From a virus: a DNA stretch of 64,000 nucleotides. Below, in pieces: positions 1 to 8,996 of the stretch. Every line of letters starts with the position of its first letter. Position 1 is the first letter of the stretch. The notes under the pieces were generated by a model. It did no database searches, was not told where the DNA came from, and worked only from the letters and a program-made list of their open reading frames with translations. Position numbers and translations under genes: made by a program. The stretch covers positions 1 to 64,000 of the IMG/VR virus record IMGVR_UViG_3300028581_003594; one strand, written 5' to 3'.

Positions 1-2
1 AC

Positions 3-521
3 AGCGTGCCAGTGATACAGGCCATGAACAAAGCATTAGATGTTGCCAAGCAAAAAGGCGACACGCAGATGATGCAGAACATCAAGCAGGACATCGAGCA
101 GGCACAGATCAGCCTGGACTCCGGCCAGAACCTGCAGTCGGTCAAAAACATGCAGGACAGATATGCCAAGTTCATGCCCGCGGATCTCAAGAAAGAGAAC
201 GAGAGCTTCAAGACTAAGATAATGGGCAAGATCATGCAGCCCATCCGAGATTACAACAAGCAGAACAACAGGCCCAAGGACAGCGAACAGGACAAGATGG
301 TGACAAAGCAGCCAGCCAAGGCAGAGCAGATGACATACCAAGAACATCTACAGGATAATTTAGAGATGGCGTTGGAAGTCACAGACATCACCGAAAAGCA
401 GGACGCATGCTACAGCAAGGTCAAATCCAGATACAAAGTTTGGCCCAGCGCCTATGCATCAGGCGCATTGGTGCGCTGCCGCAAGGTAGGCGCTGCCAAC
501 TGGGGCAACAAGAAAAAATGA
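3..521 (+). CDS. 5'-partial putative internal head/virion polyprotein ending in a basic Cys-containing module
   Basis: Frame is open to the window edge. The C-terminal module KQDACYSKVKSRYKVWPSAYASGALVRCRKVGAANWG follows an ITE site and resembles modules seen in T4-like phage hypothetical proteins. Confidence 0.6.
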   Translation, partial: SVPVIQAMNKALDVAKQKGDTQMMQNIKQDIEQAQISLDSGQNLQSVKNMQDRYAKFMPADLKKENESFKTKIMGKIMQPIRDYNKQNNRPKDSEQDKMVTKQPAKAEQMTYQEHLQDNLEMALEVTDITEKQDACYSKVKSRYKVWPSAYASGALVRCRKVGAANWGNKKK

Positions 522-904
522 GATATAAAGAAATCATAGAAGCATGTTGGCAGGGCTATGTCAAGAGGGGCATGAAACCCAAGGGCGGACGCATGGTTCC
601 CAACTGCGTTAAAAAAGAGGACATCGACATCTGCGTCAATTGTGGCAATCTAGTTTTCAATGAATCGCTGAATGAGGATCTCAAGAAATGGTTCAAGCAG
701 AAATGGGTGAGATTTGGTCCAGACGGCAAGATCAGGGGTGATTGTGCCAGGGGTAGCAGCAAGGAAGGCAAGCCCAAGTGCCTGCCCAGGAGCAAGGCCT
801 ATGCTATGGGCAAGAAGGGCCGAGCCAAAGCAGGGGCAAGGAAGCGCAGGCAGGATCCCAATGCCAACCGCAAAGGTGCTGCCAAAAACGTTAAAACCAA
901 GTGA
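518..904 (+). CDS. Small basic Cys-rich modular phage protein
   Basis: ATG at 518 overlaps the upstream stop (ATGA), so the track start at 407 is unlikely. Modules ACWQGY..GMKPKGGRMVPNCV and DLKKWFKQKWV..CAR..KPKCLP. Confidence 0.7.
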   Translation: MRYKEIIEACWQGYVKRGMKPKGGRMVPNCVKKEDIDICVNCGNLVFNESLNEDLKKWFKQKWVRFGPDGKIRGDCARGSSKEGKPKCLPRSKAYAMGKKGRAKAGARKRRQDPNANRKGAAKNVKTK

Positions 905-967
905 TTTTTAAACATAAGCACTAGCACAAGCCCAAATAATAATATATTATTATAATACTGGTTTTAA

Positions 968-973
968 TAAATA
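968..973 (+). promoter_or_regulatory. T4-type late promoter-like TAAATA
   Basis: ATAAATA lies 6 nt upstream of ATG 980 in an AT-rich intergenic region and resembles the T4 late consensus TATAAATA. Confidence 0.55.
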
Positions 974-979
974 CTTCAT

Positions 980-2083
980 ATGGCACGCAAATTTGAGCAC
1001 GACGATTTCGCAAAACTTGTAAAAAGACTCAATGAATTGAGCGATTTCTCCCCAGAAAAGGAACGCCAAGAACTGTTGGAAGCAGCAAAGAAAGAGCCCA
1101 GAGTGCTGGATGACAGATCAATATCATTGGCTGACATTGCCAAATTGGCCGGAATCAAGGAATTCAAGGAACCACCCAAGATATCAGCCAAGGCGGAAAA
1201 ATTAATTGAATCAATCACCGGCGAGAAGAGCGACATCACAAAGGCCATAGAAGAATCAGACAAGTCTATTGCGGGAAAAATCATCAAAGAAGCAAAAAAA
1301 GCAAGCAATAGGTTGTACAAAATCGCTGAACTGGAGGCAAAGTTGGCGGAACTCAAAGCCGAACAAAAAGAAGAACAGACATATGACGCAAAGACGTTCA
1401 GAGAAGTGGTGCAGAAAGACCTACAGGAATATATCAGATCATGTGACGAGTCAGCATTGGTTGAGCTCTACAACAGCATATCGGACAATGAGGCAGTCTA
1501 CAATGAGGAATCATCAAGCATTCTACTCAAGACTGAGGAAACTAAAGAGATCATAGCGGACGCGGAGAAGGTGGAGCAGGAAGTGATCGCAGAGAAAGAA
1601 AAGGCAGCGGAAGAAGTTGTCCAAGAAAAATCAGCAGAAACAGCCACACCCACATCCACATCCACAGCAACGAAAAGTGATGACATGATAATGGTCATCA
1701 AACCAGATGGCAAAGAAGGCGTCATTAAGGTCCCTGAGAAGTCGTGGCCGGAATATGAGAAACTGGGCTACGTGCAGGCAGAAGGCACCGATGAGGCATC
1801 AGGATACCAGGGCGAGACAGAACCAAGAGAATTAGCATTCAGGGCGAGAGGTGACTTCAGGCTGGACAGACCAGTGGACGAGAGATACGCAGACAGCATC
1901 AAGATGGAGCTGCAGGCCAAGGGCATCAAGGCAGATGTAGAACCAGATCCAACCGCCTACGATGGCTTCATAGTTCACACACTTGCCGATCCAGCAGCGG
2001 TTGAAAAAGCATTGACCGAACTGGACTTCATCGAATCCTCAGCACTGCCATACAAAGACCAGCTTTCCGAAGAAAAGAAATAA
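980..2083 (+). CDS. Acidic, Glu-rich putative internal head/scaffold-like protein
   Basis: 367 aa, very E/K rich, many (L/I)-x-E motifs, preceded by a late-promoter-like motif. Confidence 0.6.
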   Translation: MARKFEHDDFAKLVKRLNELSDFSPEKERQELLEAAKKEPRVLDDRSISLADIAKLAGIKEFKEPPKISAKAEKLIESITGEKSDITKAIEESDKSIAGKIIKEAKKASNRLYKIAELEAKLAELKAEQKEEQTYDAKTFREVVQKDLQEYIRSCDESALVELYNSISDNEAVYNEESSSILLKTEETKEIIADAEKVEQEVIAEKEKAAEEVVQEKSAETATPTSTSTATKSDDMIMVIKPDGKEGVIKVPEKSWPEYEKLGYVQAEGTDEASGYQGETEPRELAFRARGDFRLDRPVDERYADSIKMELQAKGIKADVEPDPTAYDGFIVHTLADPAAVEKALTELDFIESSALPYKDQLSEEKK

Positions 2084-2088
2084 TCAAA

Positions 2089-2094
2089 TAAATA
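2089..2094 (+). promoter_or_regulatory. Late promoter-like TAAATA
   Basis: ATAAATA lies 7 nt upstream of ATG 2102. Confidence 0.5.
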
Positions 2095-2101
2095 CAAGCA
2101 G

Positions 2102-2431
2102 ATGAGCAGCATACCAATATTTTCCTACAAGCAATACCTGGACGACATGATGAGGCTGAAGGACCACGGCCACGTGGGCACGGACGCCCAGGTGCAGAGG
2201 CCAATCAGCGCAGGATCCAGGGGTCTGCAGAGGGCTCAGGGCTTCATGGATGACCCAGTGCACCTAATGGGTGAAGACAGCAAAAAAATTACCAAATCCG
2301 CAGCAATAAACGCCATTGTAGAGAACATCACTTACTGCAGCGAGTCCGGCAAGTTGATCTTACCAGAAGAGATAAAGGGCAAGGCACGGCAGTGGTTCCA
2401 GTCTCGCTGGGCCAGTCTCACAAAAAAGTAA
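2102..2431 (+). CDS. Hypothetical protein
   Basis: 109 aa ORF, colinear with neighbours, typical codon usage. Confidence 0.7.
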   Translation: MSSIPIFSYKQYLDDMMRLKDHGHVGTDAQVQRPISAGSRGLQRAQGFMDDPVHLMGEDSKKITKSAAINAIVENITYCSESGKLILPEEIKGKARQWFQSRWASLTKK

Positions 2432-2460
2432 TTGATTTAATATCTCCCACATAGTATAAT
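2432..2460 (+). promoter_or_regulatory. Sigma70-like promoter for the replication operon
   Basis: TTGATT-17 nt-TATAAT, followed by SD AAGGAG before ATG 2488. Confidence 0.75.
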
Positions 2461-2487
2461 ACAAGCAATAATAACGAAGGAGATAAG

Positions 2488-2745
2488 ATGTCTGGAAGAA
2501 ATTTCAACGAAGCGGAAAAAACCAAACTGATACAACTGATCAAGGAAGGCTCACAGGTCATGGGCGAGATCGATGATCTCAAGAGCGGCCTCAAGGACAC
2601 TGTCAAGGCATTGTCGGAGGAACTTGAGCTGAAGCCGGCGCTGATCAACAAGGCCATCTCAATAGCTCACAGAGACAACTACAAGGCAGTGGCGGACGAC
2701 ATGGACATGTTGGACAGCATACTGGCAGCGGCGGGCAAGATCTAG
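2488..2745 (+). CDS. DsbA/GapR-like small dsDNA-binding protein
   Basis: 85 aa helical protein (EIDDLKSGLKDTVKALSEELELKPALINKAISIAHR) resembling the T4 DsbA family; lies next to the DNA polymerase. Confidence 0.6.
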   Translation: MSGRNFNEAEKTKLIQLIKEGSQVMGEIDDLKSGLKDTVKALSEELELKPALINKAISIAHRDNYKAVADDMDMLDSILAAAGKI

Positions 2746-3026
2746 TGTATGGCGTCGTAAGAGAATTCTGGATACAGAGCTATCGCACAGATAGGACGGC
2801 ATTCTATTACGAACTGATATCACTGCTATTCACCGTGGCTGGATCAATAATGTTGACGTTCACTAGTCCCCATCCACAGATGCAGCTGGTGTTTCCTCTC
2901 TATCTTATTGGCTCTGTCACCATGGCCTATTCTGCCTATCGCAGGCGAAACCTATGGATAACTACGCTTGCCGGATGGTTCACCATAATGAACTGCATCG
3001 GCAACTACTTGGTATTTTTTAAATGA
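2745..3026 (+). CDS. Small membrane protein (about 3 TM helices)
   Basis: Three hydrophobic stretches in 93 aa; translationally coupled to both neighbours. Confidence 0.65.
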   Translation: MYGVVREFWIQSYRTDRTAFYYELISLLFTVAGSIMLTFTSPHPQMQLVFPLYLIGSVTMAYSAYRRRNLWITTLAGWFTIMNCIGNYLVFFK

Positions 3027-5689
3027 GCTACATAGACGCATACTATCGCAGGGACGACGACAAGGTGTTGGTTGTGGAGCGTGACGCCACGGGCAAAAGG
3101 AAATTCGTGGACTACGATGCCAGATATGTGTTCTATTATCCCGACGCCCGAGGCAAGCACAGGAGCATACACGGAGAAACTTTGCAGAAGGTCACTTGCG
3201 GCTCATTCAAGGAATTCATAAAAGAACAAAAGATCAGGAGCAACAAGAAACTTTATGAGCAGGACATCAATCCTGTGTTCCGCTGTCTGGAGGAGAATTA
3301 TCTGGGCAAGGATGCTCCAAAACTCAACATAGTGTTCTTTGACATTGAGGTGGACTTTGATCCACAGCGAGGATATTCCACCACCGACGACCCTTTCATG
3401 CCCATAACGGCGATCACCTGTTACCTCAACTGGACTGACCAACTGGTCACATTCGCGGTGCCGCCCAAGGGACTCAGCATGGCAGATGCCAAGCTGCAGG
3501 TGGAGAGATTCAGCAACGTGATGCTGTTTGAGAAAGAAAAGGACATGCTGGACGCTTTTCTGACCTTGGTGGACGAGGGCGATGTTATCAGTGGATGGAA
3601 CTCGGAAGGATACGACATACCTTACACAGTGGGCAGGATCCAAAAGGTATTGAGCTCAGACGACACGAGGAGACTGTGCTTCTGGGGAGAGAAACCCAAG
3701 AAGAGAACATTTGAGAAATATGGCAGGGAACAGATCAGTTATGATCTTATAGGCAGGGTGCACCTGGACCTATTGGAGTTGTATAGGAAGTACACCTATG
3801 AGGAGAGGCATTCTTATCGTTTGGATGCGATAGGCGAATGGGAACTGGATGAGAAGAAGACTGTTTATGAGGGATCACTGGACCAGTTGTACAACAATGA
3901 CTTTGGCATGTTCATAGAATACAACCGACAGGACTGCGACCTGTTGGCCAAATTAGAGAAGAAATTAAAATTCATTGAGCTGGCCAATGAGATCGCACAC
4001 CAGAACACAGTGCTGCTGCAGACCACCATGGGAGCAGTGGCAGTCACAGAGCAGGCCATCATCAATGAGGCGCACAGGAGAGGCATGATAGTGCCGGGCA
4101 GAATCAAGAGAGATGATTCCGCGCCAATCGAGACAGCGGCGGGAGCATATGTGGCCTATCCCAAGAAGGGCATACATGACTGGATAGGATCCGTGGACAT
4201 AAACTCACTGTATCCTTCCGTGATCAGGGCCTTGAACATGGGTCCGGAAACCATCGTGGGACAGATACGTCCTGTGATCACGTCAGCGGAGATAAACAGG
4301 GCCAAGCACCAGGGCAAGTCGTTCGCTACGGCATGGGAAGGGCAGTTCGGTTGCTGGGAGTACCAGGCAGTGATGAACAAGGACAAGGGCACGGAACTGA
4401 TCATTGATTGGGAAGATGGCACCAGTGTCAGGATGAGCGCGGCACAACTGCATGACCTTGTGTTCGACGGCAACAGGCAGTGGATGATCTCTGCCAACGG
4501 AACCATATTCACCTATGAGTTCGAGGGGGTGATACCAGGCTTGTTGAAGAGGTGGTACGCTGAGAGGAAAGAGATGCAAAAAAGAATGAGTGAGTGTGGA
4601 GACAATGCTATTGAACGAGAGTTTTGGGATAAAAGACAATTGGTTAAAAAAATTAATCTAAACTCTCTGTATGGCGCAATTCTAAATCCGGGCTGTCGTT
4701 TCTTTGACATGCGTATTGGACAAAGTGTAACACTAACTGGCAGATGTATCACACAACACATGGCTGCTAAAACCAATGAGATCATAGCAGGCAAATACGA
4801 TCACTTAGGTGAGAGTGTGATATATGGGGACACAGACTCTGTATATTTTTCTGCGTATGCTACATTGAAAAAAGAAATAGATAGTGGGCAGATACCATGG
4901 GGCAAGGAGAACACGATCGCACTGTATGATCGAATTGCTGAAGAAGTAAATGGCACGTTCACTACGTTCATGACCAAGTCATTCCATTGCCCCAAGACCC
5001 GGGGTGATGTCATACGAGCGGGCAGAGAATTGGTGGCCAGCAAAGGACTTTTTATAACCAAAAAAAGATATGCATTGTTGTATTTCGACAAGGAGGGAGA
5101 GCGTGTGGACACGGCGGGCAAGGAAGGCAAGGTCAAGGCCATGGGCCTGGATCTCAAGCGTTCTGACACTCCGGTGTTCGTGCAGGACTTCCTCAGCGAG
5201 ATATTGTATCTGGTGCTGGTGGGCAAGACCGAGACAGAGGTGTTGGACAAGATCAAGCAGTTCCGCGCGGAATTCAAATCAAGGCCGGGCTGGGAGAAGG
5301 GTTCGCCCAAGCGTGCCAACAACGTCACAGAGTACCACGAGGAAGAGAAGAAGAAGGGCAAGGCCAACATGCCTGGACACGTCAGGGCTTCGATCAACTG
5401 GAATCGTTGCAGAGAGCTGTACGGGGATCGATACAGCATGCCGATACTGGATGGCGCCAAGGTCATAGTGTGCAAATTGAGGAACAATCCACTGGGCTAC
5501 ACTTCCATAGCATATCCCGTGGACGAACAGAGATTGCCTGAATGGTTCAAGGAATTGCCGTTTGATTCGGATGGCATGGAGGAGAGCGTGCTGGATGGCA
5601 AGATAGAGAATCTCATCGGCGTGCTGGAATGGGACGTGAGATCCACAGAGACGGGAAACACATTTAACAAACTATTCGAGATGGCGTGA
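3023..5689 (+). CDS. polB: Family B DNA polymerase (T4 gp43-like)
   Basis: Exonuclease motifs FFDIEV, GWNSEGYDIPY and YNRQD; polymerase motifs DINSLYPS, KINLNSLYG, YGDTDS and KKRY. Confidence 0.97.
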   Translation: MSYIDAYYRRDDDKVLVVERDATGKRKFVDYDARYVFYYPDARGKHRSIHGETLQKVTCGSFKEFIKEQKIRSNKKLYEQDINPVFRCLEENYLGKDAPKLNIVFFDIEVDFDPQRGYSTTDDPFMPITAITCYLNWTDQLVTFAVPPKGLSMADAKLQVERFSNVMLFEKEKDMLDAFLTLVDEGDVISGWNSEGYDIPYTVGRIQKVLSSDDTRRLCFWGEKPKKRTFEKYGREQISYDLIGRVHLDLLELYRKYTYEERHSYRLDAIGEWELDEKKTVYEGSLDQLYNNDFGMFIEYNRQDCDLLAKLEKKLKFIELANEIAHQNTVLLQTTMGAVAVTEQAIINEAHRRGMIVPGRIKRDDSAPIETAAGAYVAYPKKGIHDWIGSVDINSLYPSVIRALNMGPETIVGQIRPVITSAEINRAKHQGKSFATAWEGQFGCWEYQAVMNKDKGTELIIDWEDGTSVRMSAAQLHDLVFDGNRQWMISANGTIFTYEFEGVIPGLLKRWYAERKEMQKRMSECGDNAIEREFWDKRQLVKKINLNSLYGAILNPGCRFFDMRIGQSVTLTGRCITQHMAAKTNEIIAGKYDHLGESVIYGDTDSVYFSAYATLKKEIDSGQIPWGKENTIALYDRIAEEVNGTFTTFMTKSFHCPKTRGDVIRAGRELVASKGLFITKKRYALLYFDKEGERVDTAGKEGKVKAMGLDLKRSDTPVFVQDFLSEILYLVLVGKTETEVLDKIKQFRAEFKSRPGWEKGSPKRANNVTEYHEEEKKKGKANMPGHVRASINWNRCRELYGDRYSMPILDGAKVIVCKLRNNPLGYTSIAYPVDEQRLPEWFKELPFDSDGMEESVLDGKIENLIGVLEWDVRSTETGNTFNKLFEMA

Positions 5690-6507
5690 TGCTGAGCATT
5701 GAGGAGATAAAATTAACCATAGAGAAACTGGAGAAGATCAAGGGTCATGACTTCCAGAAGCTGATAGACGACAATCTAAAGATACTCAGAGCCCTGGCCA
5801 TGGCCGTTGACATGAACAACGAGGACCAGATAAACAGGTTGGACAAGACCAAGGACTGGTACGCCGCTGACCTGGAGTGGAGGCATGCCAGGCATGACCT
5901 GCTGCACGACCAGATGTTGTTTGACAGCATAGTGCTCAAGATCAACAACTTCGGCAAGGCCGGGGAGTCCGCACATCTGTGCAACAGCTTGGAGATAGGA
6001 CCCGGCTATGGAAAATTCAGCAAGTGTTTCCTGGCCTGGAGGCTGAACTATTTCGTTGACGTGGTTCCGCACACCCAGACCAAGGTAAAGAAACTGTTCC
6101 TGCCACCGCACCTGCAATTTGTAAAATTTCATCTGACCAATTGGACCGCGTGCCCTGACATACCCAGCAACTCGGTAAATTTTGTGTTCAGCTGGGACAC
6201 ATTTCCATTCTTCACGCAGCAGCACATAAAATTATATCTCAAGGACATACACAGGGTCACTTTGCCCGGCGGCTATGTTTTCCTGCACTATGCCAACTGC
6301 GAATATGATCATGACCTCAACGAGGCCAAGCGTGGTTATTGGAACTACAACACCAAATCGGCCATGACCCAACTGATCAAAGAATGCGGATATAAAGTGA
6401 TAGAGATGAACCAGTTCAAATCTGGCGCCAACTATGCCATATTCCAGAAACCCGGCAATGACAATCCCGTGCTGTACAAGGTAATGGAAATTCCAGCTAA
6501 AAAATAA
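5686..6507 (+). CDS. Class I SAM-dependent methyltransferase
   Basis: Motif I LEIGPGYG, then FVFSWDTF and IHRVTLPGG. Confidence 0.85.
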   Translation: MMLSIEEIKLTIEKLEKIKGHDFQKLIDDNLKILRALAMAVDMNNEDQINRLDKTKDWYAADLEWRHARHDLLHDQMLFDSIVLKINNFGKAGESAHLCNSLEIGPGYGKFSKCFLAWRLNYFVDVVPHTQTKVKKLFLPPHLQFVKFHLTNWTACPDIPSNSVNFVFSWDTFPFFTQQHIKLYLKDIHRVTLPGGYVFLHYANCEYDHDLNEAKRGYWNYNTKSAMTQLIKECGYKVIEMNQFKSGANYAIFQKPGNDNPVLYKVMEIPAKK

Positions 6508-6514
6508 TTTAGGC

Positions 6515-6543
6515 TTGATTTCTATCTAAATATCCTATACAAT
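6515..6543 (+). promoter_or_regulatory. Sigma70-like promoter with embedded late-like CTAAATA
   Basis: TTGATT-17 nt-TACAAT; the spacer contains ATCTAAATATCC. Confidence 0.65.
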
Positions 6544-6575
6544 TTAATTTTTAACTTTAAAGAACAGGCAAACAC

Positions 6576-7313
6576 ATGATAGACGTATTGAGAGACATAG
6601 TCAAGCACACATACGGTCTGGGCTTCCTGGAGCTGGTCAAGATCACTGGCACAGATGCTGAGACCGCGATCGATTCCATGGCCGAGGATCGATCAGTGAT
6701 ACTGCAGGGCACATTCAAACAGGCACAAACAGGATTGACAGGCACATTTGGAATGCCACAATTGAATAAATTAGATATTCATTTGAAATGTCCTGAATAC
6801 AAAGACAAAGCGAATATTTCAGTCATCAAAGGCAATCGCAATGGTGCCGAGGTACCTGTGGGCATACACTTTGCAAATGAAAAAGGTGATTTCAAAAATG
6901 ATTATCGTTTCATGAACGCTGAGATAATCAACGAGAAATTGAAGACCATCAAGTTCAAGGGTGTCAAATGGGACGTGGAGATCGAACCCACAGTGGCGGG
7001 CGTACAGAGATTCAACTTCCAATCGGTGGCAAACACAGAACATAATACATTCGTTGTGAGAACAGACAATGGCAATTTGATATTCACATTTGGTGATCAA
7101 GCATCACATGGTGGAGAATTCACATTCGCCACGGGAGTCAAGGGCAGCCTTAACAAAGGTTGGAGTTGGCCGGTGGCACAGGTTCTACAAATATTAAAAC
7201 TGTCTGATTCTGCCAAGGTCACTCTGCATTTCTCCAATGAAGGTGCAATGCAAGTCACAGTGGATTCGGGAGTGGGTGTATATCGTTACATCATACCAGC
7301 ACAGGCACAATAA
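6576..7313 (+). CDS. Probable DNA polymerase sliding clamp (gp45/PCNA-like)
   Basis: 245 aa with a two-domain alpha/beta pattern ending GAMQVTVDSGVGVYRYIIPA, as in clamps; located downstream of polB. Confidence 0.55.
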   Translation: MIDVLRDIVKHTYGLGFLELVKITGTDAETAIDSMAEDRSVILQGTFKQAQTGLTGTFGMPQLNKLDIHLKCPEYKDKANISVIKGNRNGAEVPVGIHFANEKGDFKNDYRFMNAEIINEKLKTIKFKGVKWDVEIEPTVAGVQRFNFQSVANTEHNTFVVRTDNGNLIFTFGDQASHGGEFTFATGVKGSLNKGWSWPVAQVLQILKLSDSAKVTLHFSNEGAMQVTVDSGVGVYRYIIPAQAQ

Positions 7314-8758
7314 TGTCAAACATAGGGCAGGAACATCTAGGACCTTTGAACAGGGACTTCGCCAAGTTCTTGCCAGCGATATCTAATTTCTACAACACCT
7401 TCGTCAGCAAACAGAGAGCGAAAGGTGATCACATACCCCGAGAAAGGCTACCCAAAGGTTTTGAGAATGGCGTTGAAGGATTGAATTTCCTCAATCCAGA
7501 AAAGGGTTATTTCACCTATGACGTGGGCCTATACTCAGCAGGACATGCTTGCCTAGATGTGGAAAAAGCACCTGTGGCCGACAGCATGTGTATACAGAGA
7601 GATAGAAAATTCTCTACCATAGTGGGAGATTCGGGCGGATATCAGATAGGCAGAGGAGTTATCAATTTTGATTGGCAAGACTTCGAGGGCAACAAGGCCA
7701 ACAAAGTTAGAAGTGATATATTAAATTGGTTAGAACTAACTGCCGACTGGTCCATGACACTGGACGTGCCAACCTGGGCGGCAGATGAATTGAATTCTCC
7801 CAAGACAGGATTAAAGAGTTTCCGAGACACTCTAAATGGCACAATCTATAACAATAAGTTCTTTCAAAAAAATAGATTGGGACAAACTAAATTTTTAAAC
7901 GTTCTCCAAGGTGATGATTGGGAAACAGCACAAACATGGTATGATGCCATCAAAGATTTTGAGTTTGAAGGTTGGGCAATGGGTGGTATCAACATGTGTG
8001 ACATGGAAGTACTGTTAAAAAGATTGATCATAATGAGAGATGAAAAGAAATTAGACAAGAAAAATTGGATACACGTGTTGGGTACATCACAATTGGACTG
8101 GGCTTGTTTCTTGACACAGATCCAGAGACAATTGAGAGAACATGTCAATCCAGATGTCACAATCAGCTTTGATTCAGCATCGGCTTTCTTGAGCACTGCC
8201 AATGGGCTGGTCTATACGCACAATCTATTCACTCCTAAAAGATGGAGTTACATCATGGAGAAAGCACCAGATGACAAGAGATTAAAAGGCAGCACTATAC
8301 CATTCCCATTCAAGAGTGCTATTGGCAACCGATTGAACATGGGAGATGTTTGTTGGTATGGTCCGGGCGACCTAAATAAAAACGACAAGGAAGGCAAGAC
8401 TGCCTGGGACTCATTCAGTTATTGTTTGATGATGGCACACAATGTTTATAATCATATCACTGCAGTGCAGATTGCCAATGACATGAATGACATCGAATCA
8501 ATCAAACATCAACCCCAAGCGAAACACTGGAGAAAGATCAAGGATTCGGACAACACGGATCAAATGAGCGACTTCGTTCCAAGGAACATATTGTATTTCA
8601 ACACATTTGTCAAAGAGGTATTTGAATCTGAGAAGCCCATGGAATTGATCAGTTCCAACACATCATTCCTGGCAGATCTCAGAGGCACGAGATGGCAGAG
8701 GGCCACAGGTGGTGGCAAGGGCAAAAACAACTTCAGTTCATTATTCGAAGGAGCATAA
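7313..8758 (+). CDS. dpdA: TGT-fold guanine transglycosylase, DpdA-like (inserts 7-deazaguanine into DNA)
   Basis: TGT-family motifs in order: GDSGGYQ, MTLDVP, VLQG, GWAMGG, IHVLG, SFDSAS, HN. Clustered with folE, queE and a queD paralog. Confidence 0.85.
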   Translation: MSNIGQEHLGPLNRDFAKFLPAISNFYNTFVSKQRAKGDHIPRERLPKGFENGVEGLNFLNPEKGYFTYDVGLYSAGHACLDVEKAPVADSMCIQRDRKFSTIVGDSGGYQIGRGVINFDWQDFEGNKANKVRSDILNWLELTADWSMTLDVPTWAADELNSPKTGLKSFRDTLNGTIYNNKFFQKNRLGQTKFLNVLQGDDWETAQTWYDAIKDFEFEGWAMGGINMCDMEVLLKRLIIMRDEKKLDKKNWIHVLGTSQLDWACFLTQIQRQLREHVNPDVTISFDSASAFLSTANGLVYTHNLFTPKRWSYIMEKAPDDKRLKGSTIPFPFKSAIGNRLNMGDVCWYGPGDLNKNDKEGKTAWDSFSYCLMMAHNVYNHITAVQIANDMNDIESIKHQPQAKHWRKIKDSDNTDQMSDFVPRNILYFNTFVKEVFESEKPMELISSNTSFLADLRGTRWQRATGGGKGKNNFSSLFEGA

Positions 8759-8760
8759 AC

Positions 8761-8964
8761 ATGGCAAACAAAAACAAGAAGCTTAGAAAACTACAACTGC
8801 ACCACCATTACCTAAATAGAAAGGTGGAGGAAGTCACTGAATTGAGGCGTCACGACAGGAGCGTGGAAAGCAAGACCATCCTGATGCGTTTGAAGAAAGA
8901 GAAATTGGCGCTGAAGGATGAGATCGCTGAATTGGAAAAGGAATTGGCACAATTAACACTTTGA
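8761..8964 (+). CDS. YdcH/DUF465-like coiled-coil protein
   Basis: H..LNRKV...LKKEKLALKDEI signature; SD AAGGAG precedes ATG 8761. Confidence 0.75.
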   Translation: MANKNKKLRKLQLHHHYLNRKVEEVTELRRHDRSVESKTILMRLKKEKLALKDEIAELEKELAQLTL

Positions 8965-8988
8965 CAATTTAAATTATCATGTTAAAAT
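8961..8988 (+). promoter_or_regulatory. Sigma70-like promoter (extended -10)
   Basis: TTGACA-16 nt-TAAAAT with TG extension, 8 nt before ATG 8997. Confidence 0.6.
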
Positions 8989-8996
8989 TAAACAAT

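Noticed and set aside
3023-5689. Intein or intron in the DNA polymerase
   Set aside because: The 888 aa ORF is continuous, with normal motif spacing and no Hint or LAGLIDADG motifs.
7313-8758. tRNA-guanine transglycosylase (tgt) for queuosine tRNA modification
   Set aside because: It lacks the CxCxxC zinc site of bacterial TGT, there is no queA/queF/queG in the window, and it sits beside replication genes. A DpdA-type DNA enzyme fits better, though this is not proven.
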